This document shows positions 40,305 to 50,962 of a stretch of DNA of 64,000 bases, piece by piece; the first letter of the stretch is position 1; each line of letters begins with the position of its first letter. The notes under the pieces were generated by a model. That model was given only the letters and a program-made list of their open reading frames with translations, ran no database searches and was not told where the DNA came from. Source of the stretch: Pseudomonadota bacterium (GTDB lineage Bacteria > Pseudomonadota > Alphaproteobacteria > Acetobacterales > Acetobacteraceae); the NCBI GenBank assembly GCA_021818425.1, contig JAKAEC010000005.1, forward strand, positions 15,462 to 79,461. The letters are read 5' to 3'. The translations under genes were made by a program, and so were the position numbers.

Positions 40305-42013
40305 TGGACTTTTCGGCTGATATGTTGCTTGATTTTCGCCTCAAGGGCGGCCTGCAGCTTCGGACCAGGGTTCAGGTTCAGCGCGCGGTTCCACTGATAA
40401 CCTGCCTGCAAGGGCTCGTCCGCTTGCCAGAAAGCATCGCCCAGGTGCGCATTTACTTCGGCGTCGTCCGGGGAAAGTTCCACCGCCTTGATGAGCAGAG
40501 CCAGCGCGGATTTCGTGTTGCCGCGTTTCAGTTCAACATAACCCAGCGAATCCAGCACAGCGCCGTCATTGGGGTCCAGTCTGGCGGCCTTGGTAAGCAT
40601 CGCCTTCGCCTGGTCCAGATGTTTGTCACGCAAGGCCCAGCTATAGCCAAGATAGTTCAGAACATAAGGCTGGTCCGGCGAAAGCTTCAGTGCTTGCTTG
40701 ATATTTGGCTCCGCCTCCGCCCAGTTGCCGAGCTGATCCTCGCAGATGCCGCGGTCGAAAAACAAAGGCCAGGCGCTAGCTGGCGGAGGGTCGCCCACCA
40801 CGGCGAGCGCCTTCTGGTAATAGGGCCCGGCCTGCGAGCACTGTCCCGCATTGCGCAGGATGTCGCCACCTGCGGCCAGAAGCGCGGTATTGCCAGGGTG
40901 TTCGGCGATAAGCCCGTCAACCAGAGCCATGGCTTGGCCCGTTTTGTCGAGGCCGGCCAGCAATTTGGCTTCTTGCAAGGCTGCCGGGCCATAGAGCGGA
41001 TCTGAAGGCGGTATCGGCGCCAGCGTGTTGATGGCGTTTTGCATTTGCACTTTTGTAGGTGTGTAGCCAGGCTCTCCGCCATTGACCTGTGTGTTTGCCA
41101 GCAGCAGCCGCGCTGCCGACAGGTCTGGACGCATTTGCAAAGCAAAGCGCAGGAACACCGTGCGCAGGAACGCAGCCTGCGGCCCGGTGAGCGAGGCGGC
41201 GAGGGTAAGATAGGCCTCAGCCATGCCCTGCACTGGCGTTGAGATTACCGGGGCGCGCATTTGTTTTTCTAGCTGCGGTAAGGCAATGGCTAGGTCTGGA
41301 TGCGCCGTGACGAGGGAGGTCAGCACGGCTTGCGCACGGTCTTTCTGGCCTTGCCGCGCATCCCAGCTGGCCAGAATTTGCGCGAGACGCAGATTGGGTG
41401 AATCCTCGGAAACCGCGCCGTAAAGCTGTGCCGCAATTTTGATATCCCCAGCAGCATCGGCGATCAGCGCGGCGTTCAGCACATAGACGGCGCCGAAAGA
41501 ATCGTCGGTGAAGGCCGGGGCGAGTGTGTTCAGGGCGGCTTGCTCGTCACCTTGTCCCAACTGTGTCCAGGCCAGCAGCAACGGCTCGATCATCGCGGTG
41601 AGTTGGTCGTGCGGCAGGGCCTTGAACAATTGCGCGGCGGCGGCGTTGTCGCCGTTCATCGCTGCCTGATTACCCCGCAGCAGCAGGGCAAGAGCATTTT
41701 GGGGCAGACGCGGCGCTAACTGCGCGGCTTCCGGGCTGCCGGATAGAACGCCGGCGAGAAAGCCGTCAGCTGCCAGTTTCTGGTTTGCCGGATCTGCCTT
41801 TAGCGCGGTGGCATAGAACTGCGCCGCACTGGCTGTATCGTTTACCGAATCCGCGTAGCGGGCCGCCAGAAATGCGCCGAATGCCATGTTAGACGCAGCA
41901 GGACGTGGCGTCGTCAGCGGCGGGGGATCAAAGTTGCCTGGTTCCACCGCGCAAGCGGATAGCATGATGCAAGCGGCTAAGGCGGCACGGCTAAACGGCG
42001 GGAGCATGGGCAT
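40301..42013 (-). CDS. Tetratricopeptide repeat lipoprotein
   Basis: LSAC lipobox; TPRs incl. [22 protein letters not shown]; conserved position upstream of ispE. Confidence 0.88.
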   Translation of the reverse strand: MPMLPPFSRAALAACIMLSACAVEPGNFDPPPLTTPRPAASNMAFGAFLAARYADSVNDTASAAQFYATALKADPANQKLAADGFLAGVLSGSPEAAQLAPRLPQNALALLLRGNQAAMNGDNAAAAQLFKALPHDQLTAMIEPLLLAWTQLGQGDEQAALNTLAPAFTDDSFGAVYVLNAALIADAAGDIKIAAQLYGAVSEDSPNLRLAQILASWDARQGQKDRAQAVLTSLVTAHPDLAIALPQLEKQMRAPVISTPVQGMAEAYLTLAASLTGPQAAFLRTVFLRFALQMRPDLSAARLLLANTQVNGGEPGYTPTKVQMQNAINTLAPIPPSDPLYGPAALQEAKLLAGLDKTGQAMALVDGLIAEHPGNTALLAAGGDILRNAGQCSQAGPYYQKALAVVGDPPPASAWPLFFDRGICEDQLGNWAEAEPNIKQALKLSPDQPYVLNYLGYSWALRDKHLDQAKAMLTKAARLDPNDGAVLDSLGYVELKRGNTKSALALLIKAVELSPDDAEVNAHLGDAFWQADEPLQAGYQWNRALNLNPGPKLQAALEAKIKQHISRKVQ

Positions 42014-42103
42014 GGAAAGTCTGTAGCAGCGTGATGGCGGTCGGGCAAAACATCGGGCGCATCCTGCTTGTTCGACGCATCCTTGTGCGATACCGTCCTT
42101 GCC

Positions 42104-42508
42104 ATGCAATTAGAGTTTGAAGCTACTACGTGCGACATTACCGTGAAGGTCCGCGTGGACTATTTGGACCAGTCATCGCAGCCCTCTGAAGGACAATTCT
42201 TCTGGGCCTATCACGTCGCCATCATTAACCATGGTGTCGAGACCATTCAGTTGTTGAAGCGTAGTTGGCGAATCACCGATGCCAACGGTCGAGTGAGGTA
42301 TGTACATGGCGACGGCGTGGTGGGCAAGCAGCCGGTGCTGGAGCCTGGTGCCATGTTTGAATACAGCTCTGGCACGCCGCTTGGCACAGCAACAGGGTTC
42401 ATGGCGGGCACCTACCATATGCAGCTTCTGCCCTCTGGTATGCCGTTTGACGTGGCGGTGCCGGCCTTCAGTCTGGATAGCCCGTATCAGAACACGCGGC
42501 GACATTAA
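42104..42508 (+). CDS. apaG: ApaG protein
   Basis: FFWAYHV, WRITDANG, GDGVVGKQPVL, FEYSSGTPL, PAFSLDSP. Confidence 0.94.
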   Translation: MQLEFEATTCDITVKVRVDYLDQSSQPSEGQFFWAYHVAIINHGVETIQLLKRSWRITDANGRVRYVHGDGVVGKQPVLEPGAMFEYSSGTPLGTATGFMAGTYHMQLLPSGMPFDVAVPAFSLDSPYQNTRRH

Positions 42509-42877
42509 GGAACATGATTTTACCCTTAATCTCAAGCATCAGCGGTTTAGATAGCGATTGCAAGTGTTGAGGCTAAGAGCACTGTGGCGCTAATCAAGCA
42601 GTATGCCGTGTTAGGCGACCATTCAACTGGGAAAAAGCCATAATAAGCTTTGTAAGCTGGCATCGACTCATCCCGTCTACGCAATGAAGGTGAGTTGTCG
42701 GTCTGGTTCTGGTGTGCAAACCTCGTCCAATGGTAGCTGCCCTAGTGTCACGGGATAAGTCTAAATATTTGCGGACTGATCTGCGCTGCCCATATGAGCG
42801 TATAAGATGCGTGGGCTGCCGGCGGCTGCGGAATTGGAATGGAGTGCGCGTTGAATATTCAGACGAAGTCGGCCAAG

Positions 42878-43486
42878 ATGGCGAAACGTAAGCAAAGCAT
42901 CGCGCGGCCGAGCCGGGAAGAGGCTGAAGAAGCAGTGCGCACGCTGCTCCGCTGGTCCGGCGACGACCCCAGTCGAGAAGGTCTGCTCGATACACCGAGG
43001 CGGGTTGTCAAATCCTACGAGGAATTCTTCAGGGGCTACAACGAGGACCCGGTGGCCATTCTCTCGCGTACCTTCGAGGAGACGGATGGGTATGACGAGA
43101 TGATTCTGCTGCGCGATATCCGTTTGGAGAGTCATTGCGAGCATCACATGGTGCCGATTACCGGCAAAGCTCACGTCGCGTATCTGCCGGGCACGCGCGT
43201 GGTTGGCATCTCTAAGCTGGCTCGAGTGGTGGACGCATATGCCAAGCGCTTTCAGATCCAGGAGAAACTTACCGCGCAAATCGCCAACACGATCCAGGAC
43301 GTGCTGCGCCCGCGGGGGGTAGCAGTAGTTATTGAAGCGAACCATCAATGCATATCCACGCGCGGTATACATAAGCCCGGAGTTTCCATGGTAACCAGCC
43401 ACATGCTGGGCGAGTTCCGGGATAACCCTTCTACGCGTCGTGAGTTTTTGGCGATGCTTCAAAGCCGGACCTGCGCGGCGGAGTAA
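42878..43486 (+). CDS. folE: GTP cyclohydrolase I
   Basis: [42 protein letters not shown]. Confidence 0.96.
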   Translation: MAKRKQSIARPSREEAEEAVRTLLRWSGDDPSREGLLDTPRRVVKSYEEFFRGYNEDPVAILSRTFEETDGYDEMILLRDIRLESHCEHHMVPITGKAHVAYLPGTRVVGISKLARVVDAYAKRFQIQEKLTAQIANTIQDVLRPRGVAVVIEANHQCISTRGIHKPGVSMVTSHMLGEFRDNPSTRREFLAMLQSRTCAAE

Positions 43487-43508
43487 GAAAAGCGAGCGCG
43501 AGGTGGTC

Positions 43509-43860
43509 ATGAAGTACGCCATTAGGCAGCATGGTGGGCCGCCGTTCGGCGCGGTCGTCGTGTGAGATGGTAAGATTGTTGGGGGCGTAACATCGTGCTC
43601 TCCATTATTGAGCCAACCACCTATGCGGAAGCCGCTGCCATCCGCGAGGGGCTAATAATGAGGGCAAGTTCACCTTTCCGTCGCCAGCGTCTAAGCGAGC
43701 GGCCTGCCCCGTACTGTGCGCATATCATCCATCTTTTCGGGGCAGATCGACAAGATGTACTATGTTTATGCAACGGAGGGCGCTGAGGCAGTTGGCTTCG
43801 ACGGCCAGGAATTTTACCCTCCGCTAGGAAAACGCCGGCCGAACGTGCCGCCCCGGCGGT
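43509..43860 (+). pseudogene. Nucleoside/guanine deaminase (GuaD-like, CDA fold) pseudogene
   Basis: Fragments GGPPFGAVVV*DGKIVG / EPTTYAEAAAIREG / IDKMYY..AEAVGFDGQEFY match the GuaD pattern (PFGAVIVKDG, DPTAHAE, GFDD..IY); TGA at 43563 plus frameshifts. Confidence 0.7.
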
Positions 43861-43972
43861 CCAGAATGGGGTAGTCGTGTCCCCTACTGAACGGCTGATA
43901 TTCGGCCCCGGCTCTGGCGATTTTGGCCGTGGAGGCGTAAGTCCCTGCGAAAAAGCGTAAAGGAGCCCATGT

Positions 43973-45052
43973 GTGCCGAGCCATGTCACCCGCCCGACAA
44001 CTAGCGCATTAACCAGCGCACGCCCTACGAGTGGTGCGGCTAGCCAAGCCAACCGCAAGCTAGTGTCTAACTGGCTGTGCCTGCTTGCCTTCATGATCTG
44101 GGTGATGGTGGGCATTGGTGGCTATACGCGCGATTCCGGCTCTGGCCTTTCAATCATGCGCTGGGAGCCGATTATCGGTGTGCTGCCGCCGCTCTCCCAG
44201 GAAGCGTGGAACAAGCTCTTCGTGCTCTACAAGACCATCCCGCAATATCAGATCCTGCATCCCGGGATGGGCCTTGCAGGGTTCCAGCAGCTATTCTGGC
44301 CGGAATATATCCACCGCCTCTGGGGGCGGCTGATGGGTGTCGTGCTGTTGGTGCCGTTGATCATTTTTGCGCTCACCGGCCGAATCGAGAAGCGACTGGT
44401 CAAATGGTTGTTCTTGCTGTTCCTTCTGGGCGGGGTTCAGGGTTTCATCGGCTGGTTTATGGTTTCCTCTGGTTTTCGGGCAGACTCCATTGCAGTTGAA
44501 GGCTGGCGGTTGTCCCTGCATTTCTTTGGTGCCATGTTTCTGTTTGGCGCGGTGTTATGGACCGCTATGGTTGTCCGGGCGCCAGAGACCGTGTGCTATG
44601 ACGGCATGCTGGGTCTGCGGCGCCACACTTTAGTTGCACTCGTGCTGCTGCTCGTGGCCATGTGGGGCGGCACCATGGTCTCTGCTATTCATGGCATTGC
44701 AGATTTCAGCATAGCAAAGAATGTTGGTACGGGCTCGCCCCCACCTGGCTGGCCGATGAGTGGGCTACTGAACAGTGCTGGCGCAGTGATCTTCAACCAC
44801 CAGCTTCTTGCAGTGGTGGCGGCAGTGGCGATTCTCTCCCTCACCGTCCGTGCCTTGCGGGCCGAGGCGCCAGCCCCGGTGCGCGACTGCGCGCTGGTTG
44901 TCGGCGGGCTCGTCATCTTGCAATTCATCCTGGGCGTCACGGCCCTTGTTTCGGGGCGCATCGATGTCGGCGTGGCGCACCAGATGAATGCTGTGCTGCT
45001 GCTGGGCGGCATTCTGCTGATGCTTTACAGGCTAAGGGGGGCGAGCACATAA
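43973..45052 (+). CDS. ctaA: Heme A synthase CtaA/Cox15 paralog 1
   Basis: GGYTRDSGSGLSI, FWPEYIHRLWGR, GWFMVSSG, RLSLH, FNHQ, AHQ; ~8 TMs. Confidence 0.88.
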   Translation: MPSHVTRPTTSALTSARPTSGAASQANRKLVSNWLCLLAFMIWVMVGIGGYTRDSGSGLSIMRWEPIIGVLPPLSQEAWNKLFVLYKTIPQYQILHPGMGLAGFQQLFWPEYIHRLWGRLMGVVLLVPLIIFALTGRIEKRLVKWLFLLFLLGGVQGFIGWFMVSSGFRADSIAVEGWRLSLHFFGAMFLFGAVLWTAMVVRAPETVCYDGMLGLRRHTLVALVLLLVAMWGGTMVSAIHGIADFSIAKNVGTGSPPPGWPMSGLLNSAGAVIFNHQLLAVVAAVAILSLTVRALRAEAPAPVRDCALVVGGLVILQFILGVTALVSGRIDVGVAHQMNAVLLLGGILLMLYRLRGAST

Positions 45053-45053
45053 C

Positions 45054-46100
45054 GTGAGGGAAGACCGCGCTGTCGGAAACTGGCTTCTACTTCTGGCCGC
45101 CATGGTCTTCGGCATGGTGGTTGGCGGCGGCCATGCCCGCACCATCGGGGCAAGCTTTTCCATTCAGGTCTGGCATCCCTTCACCGGCTTTATTCCGCCC
45201 ATAAACGCGGCAGACTGGGCCTATCTCTACAGTCTGTTCCAGAAAACCGCACAATACCAAGTGCACCCAATCGGTATGGACCAGTATAAGGCCCTGTTCT
45301 GGCCGATGTTCCTGGACCGCTGCTGGGGGCGGCTGATGGCAGTCGTGTTCCTCGTCCCCTTTGCGGCATTTCTCTTAAAAGGTCGCATCCAGCGTAGGCT
45401 GGCGCTTTGGCTGGGTTTCGTCTTCTTACTCGGCGTGGGACAAGCCACCTATGGTTGGTACATGGTGCAAACGGGGATGGATCCCGGTGTCCTATCACCC
45501 CCGCCAGAATGGGCGGCCCCGCATCTGCTCTCTGCAATGGCGATCTTGTTCCTCCTGCTCTGGACAGGCCTGACCCTGCGCGTCCCGGAGCCGGTGCGGA
45601 TCGAAGGGGCCTCCACGCTGCGCGCTTTATCCACCGCCACAATTTTGCTCATCTGGATCACCATGGGCTTCGGCGCGCTGGTTGCCACCTCCGGCGCACT
45701 GAAGGTGTTCAACACCTTCCCCTCTATGGATGGCCATTTGTTACCGCCGGACATGTTCGGCCAAGCGCCGTTCTGGATGAATTTCATCGCTAACAGAGGA
45801 ACGGTGCAATTCTGTCACCGGCTGCTAGCTACCATTACCGCGCTCATGGCTTTCGCCACCGCGGCGATGGGCCTACGTATGAGGCTTCCGTCCGCTACGC
45901 GGGATCTTTTTCTGCTGCTCTGCGGGTTGGTGGCGTTGCAATATGTGCTGGGCATGGCAACACTTGTATTGGGAAATAACGAGCTCGGCTTTGTGCATGA
46001 GCTGAACGCCGTTCTGCTCTTCGCCTCTGCTATCGGTGCCCGCCACGGACTGCGCGGAGCAGTTGCGGTTCCTGCCAGAGCGTTCGCCCCTGTGGATTAG
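45054..46100 (+). CDS. ctaA: Heme A synthase CtaA/Cox15 paralog 2 (divergent)
   Basis: GGHARTIGASFSI, FWPMFLDRCWGR, GWYMVQTG, APHL, FNTFPSMDG, QFCHR, VHE. Confidence 0.8.
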   Translation: MREDRAVGNWLLLLAAMVFGMVVGGGHARTIGASFSIQVWHPFTGFIPPINAADWAYLYSLFQKTAQYQVHPIGMDQYKALFWPMFLDRCWGRLMAVVFLVPFAAFLLKGRIQRRLALWLGFVFLLGVGQATYGWYMVQTGMDPGVLSPPPEWAAPHLLSAMAILFLLLWTGLTLRVPEPVRIEGASTLRALSTATILLIWITMGFGALVATSGALKVFNTFPSMDGHLLPPDMFGQAPFWMNFIANRGTVQFCHRLLATITALMAFATAAMGLRMRLPSATRDLFLLLCGLVALQYVLGMATLVLGNNELGFVHELNAVLLFASAIGARHGLRGAVAVPARAFAPVD

Positions 46101-46112
46101 GAGTGTTTTTAG

Positions 46113-47549
46113 ATGAGTAACGCACTGAACAAGGCGGATGAGCTGTTTCATGGCAATCAGGGGCTGGATCTGGATGCGGCGCACAAGTACGTAGCGAAAG
46201 CACTGAATGGCACTGATGACGGCGAGCTGTTCCTGGAATACCGGGAATCTGAATCCATCTCGCTTGATGATAGGCGTATTCGCGCTGCCTCTTTCGACAC
46301 GCGCCGTGGCTTTGGCCTGCGCGCCGTGCTGGGCGAGGCTGTCTATTTCGCTCATGCCGGCGACCTTTCCGCCCCGGCGCTGGCCCGTGCGGCGGAAACC
46401 ATCCGCGCAGCCAAGGCGATGGAGTACAGCGTCTCCGCAGCAGACCCTATCCCCGCCGCAGCGCCGCTCTATGAAGGCGTGAACCCGTTAGGTGAGGCGC
46501 CGTTCGCCGACCGCGCGGCTTTGCTTAAGCGGATCGATGATTTCGCCCGTGCTGCCGACCCCCGGGTAGTGCAGGTGATGGCCAGCATTGCCGGTGAGTG
46601 GCAGGTGATAGAGATCATCCGTGCCGGCGGGGCGCGTGTGGCGGATATCCGCCCACTGGTGCGCTTGAATATCTCCGTTGTGCTCGAGGTAAATGGCAAG
46701 CGCGAGTCTGGTAGCCATGGCGCGGGTGGGCGTTCGGGTTACGGCGCCTATATCGCCCCGGATTTCTGGCAGGATGCGGTGCGCGAGGCGATTCGTCAGG
46801 CCGAGGTGAATCTCAACGCGGTGCCCGCTCCGGCGGGAGAGATGCAGGTGGTGCTCGGCCCCGGCTGGCCTGGCATTCTGCTGCACGAAGCGATCGGGCA
46901 TGGCCTAGAGGGCGATTTCAACCGCAAGCAGACCAGTGCTTTCGCTGGGCTGATGGGTAGTCGAGTCGCTTCCAAAGGTGTGACGGTGGTCGATGACGGA
47001 ACCATCCCCAACCGCCGCGGCTCTCTTACCATTGACGACGAAGGCACCCCAACCTCCCGCACAGTGCTGATCGATGATGGCGTTCTCACCGGCTTCATTC
47101 AGGACCGACAGAATGCCCGGCTGATGAACATGCGTGCCACCGGTAATGGCCGTCGCCAGAGCTACGCCCATGCCCCCATGCCGCGCATGACCAACACCAT
47201 CATGCTAGGCGGGCAGGACAATAAGGAAGACATGATTGCTTCCGTGAAGCGCGGATTGTATGCTGTGAATTTCGGCGGTGGGCAGGTGGACATTACTTCT
47301 GGCAAATTCGTCTTTGCCGCTTCCGAGGCCTATCTGATTGAGAACGGCAAGATTACGACTCCGGTGAAGGGGGCGACCCTTATCGGTAACGGGCCAGACG
47401 CGCTGACTAAAGTAGAGATGATCGGCAATGACCTAATGCTGGACCCCGGAATCGGCACCTGTGGCAAGAACGGTCAAGGTGTACCGGTGGGGGTGGGCCA
47501 GCCGACCATCAAGCTCTCCGGCCTGACCATCGGCGGCACGGTAGCATGA
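46113..47549 (+). CDS. tldD: Metalloprotease TldD
   Basis: LLHEAIGHGLEGDFNRK, PMPRMTNT, CGKNGQGVPVGVGQPT. Confidence 0.96.
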   Translation: MSNALNKADELFHGNQGLDLDAAHKYVAKALNGTDDGELFLEYRESESISLDDRRIRAASFDTRRGFGLRAVLGEAVYFAHAGDLSAPALARAAETIRAAKAMEYSVSAADPIPAAAPLYEGVNPLGEAPFADRAALLKRIDDFARAADPRVVQVMASIAGEWQVIEIIRAGGARVADIRPLVRLNISVVLEVNGKRESGSHGAGGRSGYGAYIAPDFWQDAVREAIRQAEVNLNAVPAPAGEMQVVLGPGWPGILLHEAIGHGLEGDFNRKQTSAFAGLMGSRVASKGVTVVDDGTIPNRRGSLTIDDEGTPTSRTVLIDDGVLTGFIQDRQNARLMNMRATGNGRRQSYAHAPMPRMTNTIMLGGQDNKEDMIASVKRGLYAVNFGGGQVDITSGKFVFAASEAYLIENGKITTPVKGATLIGNGPDALTKVEMIGNDLMLDPGIGTCGKNGQGVPVGVGQPTIKLSGLTIGGTVA

Positions 47550-47570
47550 AAAAGGGGCCTGACGGTGCCG

Positions 47571-49093
47571 CTCAGACTGCTGACAAACCCCTGGCGTGAG
47601 CCGGGGGTTTTGATTCAGTGGTGGGATGTTGAAGAAACCTTCCTTGCCGCAGACGGCGCTTGAGATTGTGACGCTGGATGGGCTGGTCCCTGCGGAGCAC
47701 CTTCTGCGCAAGATCGATGCTGTGATTGATTTTTCGTTCATCCATGATCTGATGGCGGGGCTTTACTGCCCGGATAACGGCCGTCCGCCGCTTGACCCCA
47801 CGCTGATGTTCAAGGCTTTGTTCCTTGGCTACCTGTTTGGCATCCGCTCGGAGCGGCAGCTGGTGCGCGATCGAGGTGAATATCGCGTATCGCTGGTTTC
47901 TGGGTCTGCGCCTGACGGATGCGGTGTTTGACGCCTCGGCGCTGAGCCATAATCGGCGGCGGCGCTAACAGGACAGCACCGTGGCGCAGGCGATATTTGA
48001 CTGGATCGTGGAGCAGGCGATCGCGCACGGGTTGGTGGATGGCACGGTGCTGTACACCGATAGCACGCATCTGAAGGCCAACGCCAACAAGAACCGCTAC
48101 GACAAGGCGGTGATTGCCAAATCCCGTGCCGATTACTGGGATGATCTGGACGGGGCGATTGACGCCGACCGCGCCGCACACGGCAAGTCGCCGCTGAAAC
48201 CGAAGGAGCGCCAGCCCGAAGAGAAGGAGACCAAAATCTCCCGCACGGATCCGCGGAGTGGCTACGTCGTGCGCGACGGCAAGCCCACGGGCTTCTTCTA
48301 CCTCGATCATCGCATGGTGGATGGGCGCCACGCCATCGTCACTGACACCTACACCACGCCGGCGAATGTGCATGACAGCATCGTCTATCTCGGCCGGCTC
48401 GACCGCCAGCGCCAACGTTTTGGTTTTGATGCGAAGGCCGTGGGGCTGGATGCCGGCTATGCCACTGCGGGCATCGCCAAGGGGCTTGAGGACCGCAATA
48501 TCCCCGGCGTTACCCGCTATCGCCGTCCCACCCCGCCCAAGCCGGCGATGCTGGGGTCGAAGGATTTTGTCTGTCACGACAACCCCGAGGGCTATATTTG
48601 CCTGCAGGGCCAGGTGCTGACCTGTACCACGACGGATCGTGACGGCTACCGCCACTATAAATCAGACCCCGCCATTTGCCGGAGCTGCCCGCTGCTGGCC
48701 TCCTGCACGGCCAACGCCAAGTGCGAGCGCAGCATCACCCGCCATGTCTGGCGCGACGCCCGCGAGCGTACCGACGCCAACCGCCTCACCGCATGGGGCA
48801 AGGCCGTCTATAACCGGCGAAAAGAGACAGTCGAGCGATCCTTCGCCGATGCCAAGCACCTTCTCGGCCACCGCTACGCCAGGTTCAGAGGCTTGATCGG
48901 CGTCACCTGCCAATGCCTCTCGCCGCCGCCGTACAAAATATCAAGAAAATCGCCATGGTGCTCACCAAAGGGCCACGTCCAACCATAGCATGAGGGCAAG
49001 ACCCCCACTCACAAATCAGACCATCCACAGAGCCAGATCGTAGATAAAACAAAACCCCGCTCAAAAACGAGCGGGGTTTGTCAGCGGTCTGAG
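47571..49093 (+). mobile_element. IS1182-family insertion sequence, transposase inactivated
   Basis: IRs CTCAGACTGCTGACAAACCCC / GGGGTTTGTCAGCGGTCTGAG, with subterminal hairpins at both ends. Confidence 0.88.
47626..48988 (+). pseudogene. IS1182 transposase pseudogene
   Basis: HLLRKIDAVIDF..GRPPLDP..SERQL, TDSTHLKANANK, LDAGY, RKETVERSFADAK; frameshift near 47870, TAA 47966-47968 and a probable 3' frameshift. Confidence 0.88.
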
Positions 49094-49114
49094 GGACCTT
49101 TCGGCCCTCTTTAT

Positions 49115-49783
49115 TTATTCGGCTTTCAGATGTGCTAGTAATTTCTCGATCGCGGAGGGTTTGTCCACCTGCTCCAGCGCCGCGTACTCGGCGGCTAAGC
49201 GTTCGAGAGCTGATTCATAGATCTGCCGTTCGGAAAAGCTCTGGTCCGGCTGCCCGGCATTGCGGTGTAAATCACGCACCACCTCGGCGATGGCGGAGGG
49301 GTCGCCGGAATTGATTTTCGCCTCGTATTCCTGAGCACGGCGGGACCACATAGTGCGCTTGATGCGCGCGCGGCCCTTCAGTACGGCCAGCACCTCGTCG
49401 AAGTTCTTCTTGGAGGTAAGTTTGCGCAGGCCCGCTGTGCGGGCTTTGGTGGTTGGCACGCGCAGGGTCATACGGTTTTCATCGAAGGTAATGCAGATCA
49501 ACTCCAGCTTGTGCCCGGCGATCTCTTCCACGGCAATCCGGTCCACTTTTCCCACGCCATGAGTGGGGTAGACGACGTAATCGCCTTCCTTGAAAACTTC
49601 CGCCTTGGCGGGGGCGCGCGGCGGGGCTAGCGGGCGGATAGGCCCGGCTGGGATGCCGCCATGCATCACTGGGGCCGGTGCAGCTTCTTTCTGAGGTTCC
49701 AGGGCGGGCGCTTTTGGCGCGGCATTTTCCAGTTCGGGTTTCGCAGCCTTCCTTGAAGTGCTGCTCTTCTGCTTTTCCGTCAT
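49115..49783 (-). CDS. carD: CarD/CdnL family transcription factor
   Basis: VVYPTHGVG, MWSRRAQEYEAKINSGD, QSFSERQIYE; Ala/Pro/Lys-rich N-terminal extension. Confidence 0.93.
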   Translation of the reverse strand: MTEKQKSSTSRKAAKPELENAAPKAPALEPQKEAAPAPVMHGGIPAGPIRPLAPPRAPAKAEVFKEGDYVVYPTHGVGKVDRIAVEEIAGHKLELICITFDENRMTLRVPTTKARTAGLRKLTSKKNFDEVLAVLKGRARIKRTMWSRRAQEYEAKINSGDPSAIAEVVRDLHRNAGQPDQSFSERQIYESALERLAAEYAALEQVDKPSAIEKLLAHLKAE

Positions 49784-49948
49784 CACCACTCCGCTGGTAC
49801 GGCACGTGAAGGCGCCGCTTGAACAATAAATGGCCGGGCGCGGTAACCCGCCCCGGCTGACATCATCTGTCTGTAACAGATCTTTGGCCACCCGTCACGC
49901 GCGTGGCCGCATTTTACTGTCTAACTGCCCGCTATATTGGGTGGCAGG

Positions 49949-50281
49949 TTACGGCTTGCCCGGCTTCAGGGAAAGCAGCTTCTCCTTTCCTGGCTTGTCT
50001 TTCCATTCATTCGCATCGGCAGGCGGGGTGCCTTTACGGGTAATGTTCGGCCAAGTTTTGGAAAGCTCGCGGTTCCGCTCCAGCCAAGCAGTGGCGCGGT
50101 CGTCGCTGTCAGGCAGAATGGCTTCGGCTGGGCATTCCGGCTCGCAGACGCCACAATCGATGCATTCGTCTGGGCTGATCACCAAAAAGTTCTCGCCGAC
50201 ATAGAAGCAATCGACCGGGCAGACCTCCACACAATCCATGAATTTGCACTTGATGCAGTTCTCGGTGACCACGTAGGTCAT
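49949..50281 (-). CDS. fdxA: 7Fe ferredoxin
   Basis: [18 protein letters not shown]...[12 protein letters not shown]. Confidence 0.95.
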   Translation of the reverse strand: MTYVVTENCIKCKFMDCVEVCPVDCFYVGENFLVISPDECIDCGVCEPECPAEAILPDSDDRATAWLERNRELSKTWPNITRKGTPPADANEWKDKPGKEKLLSLKPGKP

Positions 50282-50962
50282 CTGGTACTCCTGAAAAGCT
50301 CACGTAAATTTCGATCCCCTATGCGCGCGGGAAGGGAGCAAGGTCAAGGTTCAGACCGTAAAGGGGGTACTAGTCCCCGGTTTGCATTTACCAGGGGACG
50401 AGCGCTGTCAGCCGCTTGGTTCGAGGGTCAAATGCGTCATCTGCCTTCACGCGTCGCCGCTGTTGGACAGCAGTTGAAACGCCCGTTAGATGCAGCCTTT
50501 AGCAGCACTATGCGTACAATCGCAGTCCACACGGGCGATTGAAATGATTCTGGCAACATCTCGCCCGCGTTCAGGACCTCGTCGTTAACGGGCAGGCCTG
50601 TTCCAGCAGGCTTACAGATTAGCGCGAGATCCGTGTTCGCGTGCGATAAGGTTGTGTTGTTCGCGTAGCGTCTCGCCACGCCGGCTATATGTTATTAGTT
50701 GGAGTGGGTGAAGAAGTGACAGGGGACGTCTTGTCGAGCTTGATGGTATCGCCCCCGAGGCACGTTGCTAATGTCGTGTGACGATGACCATTTAGCGCAA
50801 TTCACTGATGTTGAATTGGCGCTGGAAGCTCTAGGCGCTCAGGCTGAGTTGGCAGCCAGAGTACATGCTGGATAGGCTTATACGAACCATGCTCATCTTT
50901 TGGAGGCTGCGTCCCGATTGTTGCATGGCGATGATGATTATCTAGAGCCCCATCAAGGTGAC

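Noticed and set aside
42510-42877. THF-II (folE) riboswitch
   Set aside because: ACCATTCAACTGG resembles the motif's 5' part, but the downstream pairing strand is absent; it would need cmscan.
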